From contig JBAZAX010000007.1 of the NCBI GenBank assembly GCA_041671765.1, positions 68 through 64,067 of the forward strand: a stretch of DNA of 64,000 bases, read 5' to 3'. This DNA comes from Candidatus Babeliales bacterium (GTDB lineage: Bacteria; Babelota; Babeliae; Babelales; RVW-14). How positions within the stretch are numbered: the first letter of the stretch is position 1; each line of letters begins with the position of its first letter. Below the pieces are notes generated by a model. That model was not told the origin of the DNA. It was given only the letters and a program-made list of their open reading frames with translations, and did not search any database. Shown here piece after piece: positions 1 through 6,536 of the stretch. The position numbers and the translations under genes are program-made.

Positions 1-61
1 AATGGGTATGACAATCAACAATGGATTTTAAATAATTAATAGAATTCATAATGAAACTTTC

Positions 62-595
62 TTATCCTAAATTTTTACTGCCCCAAGCTTTTGCTCTTTC
101 TATAAGCTCAACAATAAAACCATACTTAAAATCTGAATAAGCAAACAATGTTGTATGGCCTAGGCTTATTGCCTGTTCTTTGACCTGAATATACTTTTTT
201 GCTTCGTCCGGATGAGAACTAAGATACTCCCTAACCATTAAATTATCACGCCATAAATCGCCGTTGTGCCTGACAACCGCCAGATTAAAACTTTGTTCAC
301 CTCTTTTTCTTAGATAAAATCTTTGGTTTGTCCAGGCTTTTCCAATGTAAACATAGCCCAATTGTTGTAAATCACTCTTCTCTTGATCGGAAATATAAAA
401 CTCGGAAACCCCTACTAAAATATCAACAACAGGCTTAGCAGTCATCCCAGGAACAGAAGTACTTCCATAATGGTTTATGGCAACTAATCGTGAAGCATCA
501 AAAACTTTTTTAATATTTTCAGATTCTTGCTCAAATAACTCGGGCCACATGGGATTATATGGAACAATCGTTATTTCTTCGTCAGTTACTTTCAT
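62..595 (-). CDS. GrpB-family (UPF0157) protein
   Basis: 177-aa ORF. IVPYNPMWPELF and HYGSTSVPGMTAKPVVDILVGV fit my recollection of the GrpB nucleotidyltransferase-fold family. Motif recall only. Confidence 0.75.
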   Translation of the reverse strand: MKVTDEEITIVPYNPMWPELFEQESENIKKVFDASRLVAINHYGSTSVPGMTAKPVVDILVGVSEFYISDQEKSDLQQLGYVYIGKAWTNQRFYLRKRGEQSFNLAVVRHNGDLWRDNLMVREYLSSHPDEAKKYIQVKEQAISLGHTTLFAYSDFKYGFIVELIERAKAWGSKNLG

Positions 596-727
596 AATAC
601 TTTCACACTGAAATTAAACCAGACTCTCTTTGATTTATCCCGAATATAAAATATACTTAATTATAAGATTTATTCAAAAATTTAAACTTAGTATAAAAAA
701 CGATCAAAATATGGGCATTGCAATATC

Positions 728-1249
728 ATGACAAACTCACAGTATTCTATCAGAGCCTTAACAGAACAGGACTTTCAGACCATGTTTCAATGGCTGCAAA
801 ACCCTCATGTTTCTTGGTGGTGGCAGGTAGGCACACAATGGCCGAAATTTGTAGAAAAATACAGACAGCACATCGAATGCGATTATATATTTCCATTTAT
901 TATGCAAGTCGATGGTAATGCTATTGGTTACATTCAATATTATTATACAAGCATGGTAGATATCAGCTGGGTAAACGAAATATCTGACAAACCGAAAAGT
1001 ACTGTCGGAATTGATATTTTCATTGGAAATCCTGAATATTTTGCCAAAGGCTATGGCACAATTTTTATGAAAATGTTTATCGAAGAGTTGTGGAAGCAAT
1101 CAGAGATAAAAAAAATCATAGTCGATCCGCAACCGGAAAATCTTCAGGCTATTCATTGTTTTAAAAAACTTGGGTTTACAGAAATTCGAAAAGTAACACA
1201 CCCCGAGGGTGATGAAATATTTTATATGGAATTGGATAGACCAGCCTAA
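728..1249 (+). CDS. GNAT N-acetyltransferase, AAC(6')-Ib-like
   Basis: 173 aa, colinear with AAC(6')-Ib as I recall it. LTEQDFQTMFQWLQNPHVSWWW vs LTEHDLAMLYEWLNRSHIVEWW; IGYIQYY vs IGYAQSY; IVDPQPENLQAIHCFKKLGF vs QTDPSPSNLRAIRCYEKAGF. Substrate not inferable. Confidence 0.75.
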   Translation: MTNSQYSIRALTEQDFQTMFQWLQNPHVSWWWQVGTQWPKFVEKYRQHIECDYIFPFIMQVDGNAIGYIQYYYTSMVDISWVNEISDKPKSTVGIDIFIGNPEYFAKGYGTIFMKMFIEELWKQSEIKKIIVDPQPENLQAIHCFKKLGFTEIRKVTHPEGDEIFYMELDRPA

Positions 1250-2205
1250 CGCTGATTTTTTGGTATATACTCAAAACCTCTGATAAATTTAAAATCCGGT
1301 GTGAAGACATCAAATATTCTTGCCCTTAGTTGAGCAGATTCTTCCGGATCATCTTGTTGTTCAAGTCTAAGCTTAAGATAGATTTTCAAAGATCCTTCAC
1401 TCCCAGCTATGTAAATAAGATCATTAATTTTATAATTAAAACGCGGTTCTGATGAAGTCCAAGCAATTTTAGAAATAAATTCAGCATAATAATCATTAAT
1501 TGCATCAATAAATGAATCCAATATTTCACTTCTTTTTATCGGATTACTTTCATAAAAAATTGGTACATAAACAACAATCACTGGGAAATTTTGACTTGTT
1601 ACTGCAGAAAAAAGATTAGGATCAACTACTTTAAATAATTTTATACTGCGTAATTTTGGATCTTTATATAATATTTTAAAAAAATGGCTAATAAATGATA
1701 TGAGATACTCTGGTTTTACTTGTAGATGAATTTTAAACTTGCAACCCATAATTTTGATGGCTTCGCGTCTTTCTAGCTCATTGTCGGAATAAAAGGCCCT
1801 TTCATATACCCTGTTGGGAACCCGAATTTGCGACTCAATCTGCGCCCATCTTGGATTTTTTAAATCTGGCCATACATCAGAAAAAAAGCATGCCACTTCT
1901 CCACCATTTTTTTCTAGAAAGTCCTGAACTGCAGAGTCGTATAACTTATTGTCATCATCTGAAAATAATGTTTTTTCAAAGTGATAACAAAAATCACTTG
2001 CCCCTTCGCGCTCAAAACAGACAAAGTTACCGTCATCTACAAAAAATATCCCCGGTTTTTTGCTTGGTTCGAGAATTTTTAAAAAATTTTCCGTACTATA
2101 CTCGATTAAGTCAAGCGACTTGTAGGTAAGACCTTCATCGCGTGCCATTGAGCTTAATGACTTAAATATTAAAAGCAAAAAAATGCTTATTTTGACAAAT
2201 TTCAT
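1246..2205 (-). CDS. hypothetical secreted protein (N-terminal signal-like leader)
   Basis: 319-aa ORF with leader MKFVKISIFLLLIFKSLSSMA. No family recognised. The stop overlaps the convergent GNAT stop by 4 nt. Confidence 0.6.
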   Translation of the reverse strand: MKFVKISIFLLLIFKSLSSMARDEGLTYKSLDLIEYSTENFLKILEPSKKPGIFFVDDGNFVCFEREGASDFCYHFEKTLFSDDDNKLYDSAVQDFLEKNGGEVACFFSDVWPDLKNPRWAQIESQIRVPNRVYERAFYSDNELERREAIKIMGCKFKIHLQVKPEYLISFISHFFKILYKDPKLRSIKLFKVVDPNLFSAVTSQNFPVIVVYVPIFYESNPIKRSEILDSFIDAINDYYAEFISKIAWTSSEPRFNYKINDLIYIAGSEGSLKIYLKLRLEQQDDPEESAQLRARIFDVFTPDFKFIRGFEYIPKNQR

Positions 2206-2335
2206 ATTCCCCCACTTAATTTATGTTTTCTTTAAATATCGTTCTTATCTCTTATAAACTTACGAAAAATTTTAGTTTTTGTAAAAAGGGCTGTTATATG
2301 ATATTCTCTTATTAATTAATTTTAAGAGGATTCTC

Positions 2336-3286
2336 ATGCAAATTCATCCACTCGAAGTCAAAAATTTAACGAAAACATTTCATTCCGAAAAGTTTTTATT
2401 TCAAAACAAAAAAAGCGAATTTACCGCTGTAAATGACATATCTTTTATCCTAAAAAAGGGCGAATTTCTAGGCTTTTTGGGCCCAAACGGAGCCGGAAAA
2501 ACAACTACAATACAAATGCTTCTCAATTTATTAACTTCAACATCCGGATCAATACAATTTTTTGGCAAAGATCCACTAAAAGACAGAAGCGTAATGCAAG
2601 ATATTTCATATGCAAGTGGATATATGAAACTTCCAAGCTCACTAACAGTACAGCAAGCTTTATTAATGTACGGAATGCTTTACAACATGAACATGTCCGT
2701 ACTCAAAGATAAAATAGATCTTTTTTTGAATCTATTTAACTTAAAACACTTATCACAACGCAAGGTTACCACCCTTTCGGCCGGACAAACCACAGCGGTT
2801 CTACTTGCACGAGCATTTCTGGTTGATCCAAAAATTGTTTTACTTGATGAACCAACAGCAGCGCTTGATCCCGAAAGTGCCTGTAGAATCAGAGATTTTA
2901 TTAAAACTGAGAACAAAAAAAATGGTGTCTCAATTCTTTTTACATCCCACAATATGCCGGAAGTTGCAGAGCTGTGCGACAGAATTTTGGTTTTAAAAGA
3001 CGGGAAAATCGTCGCAGATAACACTCCTGAATACTTGGTCTCAACAGTTTGCATAACACACGTTCAGTTGATTATTGGTGATGGAATGAAACGTACAATT
3101 GCATATGCCTTAGAAAATAAACTCGAACATAAAGTTGAGGACAGGCTCATTGAGATCAAAATTGATGAACACAAAATCTCTGAGCTACTTTCAGGCCTTG
3201 CCAATAAAAACGTCAGCTACACGCAGATATCAATTGAAAAACCAACACTCGAAGATTACTTTTTGACACTAGTAAAAAATCGCTGA
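2336..3286 (+). CDS. ABC transporter ATP-binding protein (ABC-2/DrrA-like)
   Basis: Walker A GPNGAGKTT, signature LSAGQ, Walker B LLDEPTAALD. AAGAGGA SD upstream. Confidence 0.9.
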   Translation: MQIHPLEVKNLTKTFHSEKFLFQNKKSEFTAVNDISFILKKGEFLGFLGPNGAGKTTTIQMLLNLLTSTSGSIQFFGKDPLKDRSVMQDISYASGYMKLPSSLTVQQALLMYGMLYNMNMSVLKDKIDLFLNLFNLKHLSQRKVTTLSAGQTTAVLLARAFLVDPKIVLLDEPTAALDPESACRIRDFIKTENKKNGVSILFTSHNMPEVAELCDRILVLKDGKIVADNTPEYLVSTVCITHVQLIIGDGMKRTIAYALENKLEHKVEDRLIEIKIDEHKISELLSGLANKNVSYTQISIEKPTLEDYFLTLVKNR

Positions 3287-3305
3287 TTATTAAAGGACCA
3301 TTAAT

Positions 3306-4106
3306 ATGAATTTCAAAATTAAACGTGTTTTTGCCGTTGTCATGCGCCACTTACTGTTAATGAAAAATCCGTTTGAACTGACAAGCCATCTTTATTGGGT
3401 TTTAATGGATGTGGTAATTTTTGGTTTTTTAGTTCAATCAATGAATAGACAGGGAAACAACTCTTTAAATATTGCTACAATATGCATTCTTACAAATTTG
3501 GCAGTTTGTTATGTTTTCGCGCGCGGAGCCGTAAGCCTGGCATCAACCCTTTTAAAAGATCTGTCTGATTTAAGTTTTGTAGGACTTATGGCAACGCCCA
3601 TAACAACTGCCGAATGGATTTTTTCCCAGATAATTGTGGCAGCAGTCTCTTCCGGAATAAGCTTTTTAATGGGATTTGTATGCATAGGAATTTTTTTTAG
3701 ATTTAATGTATTCTCGTCAGGGCTTGTTTTAATCCCTGCAATAATTTCTTTACTAATATCAAGCTGGACACTTGGAATTTTTATGCTTTCGCTTGTAATA
3801 GTTTTTGGGAAAAAATCATCATCTAGCATTCATACTGTTCCATGGCTTTTTCTCCCTTTTAGTGGTGTTTTTTACTCAGTAGCCATTCTTCCGGCATACT
3901 GCCAAAAGATAGCATCATGGCTACCTATGTTTTACATCTTTGACGGATTAACCCAGTATATTAAAAATGGACAAAGTATAAGTTTGGCTTTATTAAAAAG
4001 CACGGGACTGAATTTAATTTATTTCACAGTGGCAATTACCCTTTTTATGATAATGTTTAAACGACGAAAAAATATTGGTTTAACCCGACTTGAACTGGAA
4101 AGCTAA
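3306..4106 (+). CDS. ABC-2 type transporter permease
   Basis: 266 aa with about 6 hydrophobic spans, immediately downstream of the ATPase in the same operon. Confidence 0.75.
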   Translation: MNFKIKRVFAVVMRHLLLMKNPFELTSHLYWVLMDVVIFGFLVQSMNRQGNNSLNIATICILTNLAVCYVFARGAVSLASTLLKDLSDLSFVGLMATPITTAEWIFSQIIVAAVSSGISFLMGFVCIGIFFRFNVFSSGLVLIPAIISLLISSWTLGIFMLSLVIVFGKKSSSSIHTVPWLFLPFSGVFYSVAILPAYCQKIASWLPMFYIFDGLTQYIKNGQSISLALLKSTGLNLIYFTVAITLFMIMFKRRKNIGLTRLELES

Positions 4107-4127
4107 TCGCAACAAAGAGGGCTTTTC

Positions 4128-4952
4128 ATGGTTTTCAAGAAATTTTCACGCATAAACACCCTAGCTGTTATACCATTCTGTGTAATTAATGTGCCAAACT
4201 TGCCCGCTCGTGGTGAGTGTTTTTTGCAGGCCGCACCCTTCGATATACCTCGCAGAGCTCGGCACTCAGGGCGAGCGGCCAAAAAAAACGTATCGAACCA
4301 TGCGGGCATAATATTTACTTTGAATGGTATTATATTATTTTTATTATTCTTCAACGCATATTCTCTGAATGCAAATCTTGTTGAAATAAAAAAAATAAAT
4401 CCAACAATCAAACTCGATATTCGATACGCAACAACAAATAATTTTACAGGCAAAATTATTTATCCATCTGCACGGTGTTTTCTTGAAGAAGAGGTAACCA
4501 AGGCGCTTGATGCAGTACAAAAAGAACTAAATTCAATTGGTTATGGACTAAAAATATTTGATGGGTACAGACCACTTTCAGTGCAAAAAATATTCTGGAA
4601 TATATACCCTGATGAAAAATATGTAGCAAATCCAACCAAAGGATCCAAACACAACCGCGGAACAGCTGTTGATTTGACTTTGATTGATACCAAATCAGGA
4701 AAAGAACTAAAAATGCCATCTGAATTCGATGAATTCTCTTCACATGCAAACCGTAATTATGCAAAAATGAACGACAAAGCAGCTAAACACAACTGCAAGC
4801 TACTCGAATTTGTTATGAAAAAGCATGGTTTTATAGGTCTTACTAGCGAATGGTGGCATTTTGACTACAAAAATTGGAAAAAATACCCGATTCAGGATGT
4901 TTCATTTACAGAGCTAAAAACCCAAAATCCGCTAGTTAACAATTCTAATTAA
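4128..4952 (+). CDS. ddpX: D-alanyl-D-alanine dipeptidase (VanX/DdpX family)
   Basis: IRYATTNNFTG, GYRPLSVQ, SKHNRGTAVDLTLID and EWWHFDY match VanX-family zinc-dipeptidase motifs. ATG 4128 has AAGAGGG 6 nt upstream. The N-terminal approx 65 aa contains a GC-rich repeat, so the start is uncertain. Confidence 0.85.
   Translation: MVFKKFSRINTLAVIPFCVINVPNLPARGECFLQAAPFDIPRRARHSGRAAKKNVSNHAGIIFTLNGIILFLLFFNAYSLNANLVEIKKINPTIKLDIRYATTNNFTGKIIYPSARCFLEEEVTKALDAVQKELNSIGYGLKIFDGYRPLSVQKIFWNIYPDEKYVANPTKGSKHNRGTAVDLTLIDTKSGKELKMPSEFDEFSSHANRNYAKMNDKAAKHNCKLLEFVMKKHGFIGLTSEWWHFDYKNWKKYPIQDVSFTELKTQNPLVNNSN
4202..4280. repeat. GC-rich palindromic mini-element (copy E1, GCCCGCTCGTGGTGAG module)
   Basis: Starts GCCCGCTCGTGGTGAG, as at 26782 and 29204, and ends GGGCGAGCGGC, the inverted complement of its start. 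Stands out as GC-rich in an AT-rich background. Confidence 0.6.
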
Positions 4953-5235
4953 CGCCAGTTCGATAATTAGAAATCTACTTGTATTTTCGACTGGGACATT
5001 GCTTACGACGTGTACTTTTGTCATCCTGAACTTGATTCAGGATCTCTTTATTCAAGGCTTGAAGATCAAAAAAAGCTTGTATTTGTGAAATTTATTAATT
5101 TTATGGGTACTGAAATAAGGGATTTTATTTCATTTATATAGATCCTGAATCAAGTTCAGGATGACAAAAATACAATTCAAAGGCCTCTCTCCGTAAGTGT
5201 TTTAAAACTTTGTTGAATTATCGAGTTCGCGTTAA
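4949..5235. mobile_element. MITE-like non-autonomous element, copy 1 (287 bp)
   Basis: Terminal inverted repeats TTAACGCCAGTTCGATAATT (4949-4968) and AATTATCGAGTTCGCGTTAA (5216-5235). Internal approx 29-bp inverted repeat TTTTGTCATCCTGAACTTGATTCAGGATC (5016-5044 / 5141-5170). No ORF. Second copy at 23440. Confidence 0.75.
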
Positions 5236-5434
5236 TTAGATAGACAATTTTTAACCTTAAGTTTTCAGGCTGAAATCTTTTTAATCAATTCAATGCAAAA
5301 TCCTGGGTTTTATATCAAAAAACGCCTCCAACAAACCATAAGAAGTCGTCCTGACCCTTTTGCACATTGCTAAAATATTCGCTATTATTAATAATAGAAT
5401 TAAATAAAATTTATATTTTTATGGAGGTTATATC

Positions 5435-6490
5435 ATGAAAAAAAGTTTATTATTAACGCTTTTGACGTTAACTGCATTTCAGGTTTCAAGTAAAGTTTAC
5501 ACTATGAAACAAGACCAGGACGAAACTTCGAAAAAACGAGATCGTGAGGATCAGTCAAGAGAAGGGAAAGCCCCTGATGCAACACGAAGTAAACAAGATG
5601 CACCCAAAGGCGCCGAAGGCCAAGACCCTGAAGGTGCTGCACAGATAGCAGTGCCGGCAGCCGCCGCTGCAAGTGCCGAAGCCGCAGAAAATCGATGTGG
5701 AATTTGTTTTAATGATTTTGGGTCAAAAAATGAAGCTGGACAAGTTGTTACACAAATAAAACTTCCTTGTTGTAGTTATACAATTTGTGAAAAATGCTTA
5801 GAAGACGCCTTAAAAACTCGTCCCGTCTGTCCTCAATGCAGTGAACCAATTTCAAATCTAAAAATGCTTAAAGACAAAATAGTTGTTGCAATGATGCAGC
5901 GAAAAATTAAGGAAAAGAAAGACAGAATCAAAAAAGAACACGAAGAAGCAAGAGGACGTGAAAAAAGGGAACAAGAGACTGCTCGAATACAAGAGCAAAT
6001 CAGAAAATTTTCTTCCGGAGAGGATATTACGGCATATGTTGATGTTCCCGGAGATACTTTAGTAAATGTTTCATTCATATTAAAATTAAGAAACGCAGAT
6101 GACGAAGGACTCACAGTCTCTACTCAGCTACCTATACTACATTTTTTAGCCAAGGGTGGACCTGATGGACACGATGAATTTAAAGACGCTTTTGAACTTG
6201 TAAAATATTTTGTAGAAGAAAAGCATGCCAATATTAATCAAAAAGTAAGAGTTCCGGATCAAACCAAACGCTTTTATGGGAGAGGTGTTTTTGGAATAGA
6301 TGAATTTTTTAGAATAAATCCTTTCCAAGAAGATAATTTCGTAGAATTAACCCCATTGGAAATTGCTGAAGTATACGGAAATCACAGTATTGCTGCATAT
6401 CTGCGTGGTAAGATTGCAGAACAGCAAGCAGCTCAAGCTCGCGAAGCTGCCGAACGACACGCACCACCTGAGAAATGTGCTATACAATAA
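5435..6490 (+). CDS. leader-bearing RING-like zinc-finger protein with basic coiled-coil, possible degenerate ankyrin repeats and C-terminal CaaX box (CAIQ)
   Basis: Leader MKKSLLLTLLTLTAFQVSS. Eight-Cys cross-brace-like CGIC..PCC..CEKC..CPQC. K/E/R-rich helix. TPLEIAEVYGNHSIAAYL is ANK-like. Ends EKCAIQ*. GGAGG SD. Confidence 0.7.
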   Translation: MKKSLLLTLLTLTAFQVSSKVYTMKQDQDETSKKRDREDQSREGKAPDATRSKQDAPKGAEGQDPEGAAQIAVPAAAAASAEAAENRCGICFNDFGSKNEAGQVVTQIKLPCCSYTICEKCLEDALKTRPVCPQCSEPISNLKMLKDKIVVAMMQRKIKEKKDRIKKEHEEARGREKREQETARIQEQIRKFSSGEDITAYVDVPGDTLVNVSFILKLRNADDEGLTVSTQLPILHFLAKGGPDGHDEFKDAFELVKYFVEEKHANINQKVRVPDQTKRFYGRGVFGIDEFFRINPFQEDNFVELTPLEIAEVYGNHSIAAYLRGKIAEQQAAQAREAAERHAPPEKCAIQ

Positions 6491-6536
6491 TTATTGATTA
6501 GCTCAATTATATTTATATATTTATGGAGGTTATATC

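Noticed and set aside
758-1099. Antisense or alternate-frame ORFs in the track that lie wholly inside stronger CDS. Examples: 718-918, 758-1099, 1851-2129, 2680-3054, 2805-2996, 3509-3829, 4456-4764, 5833-6114, 6577-6837, 7473-7655, 11794-12096, 13643-13924, 14179-14484, 17114-17491, 17947-18303, 25063-25431, 30525-31333, 33372-33682, 40244-41971, 53596-53937, 55087-55738, 59348-60208, 60670-60999 and 63035-63439.
   Set aside because: Each is embedded in a longer ORF with clear family motifs or a better start context. Their translations are low-complexity or mirror-image artefacts with no SD or family signal.
4103-4453. 116-aa minus-strand ORF spanning the ABC-2/ddpX junction.
   Set aside because: It is held open largely by the GC-rich repeat E1, and it overlaps the better-supported ddpX 5' region. 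No SD or family signal.
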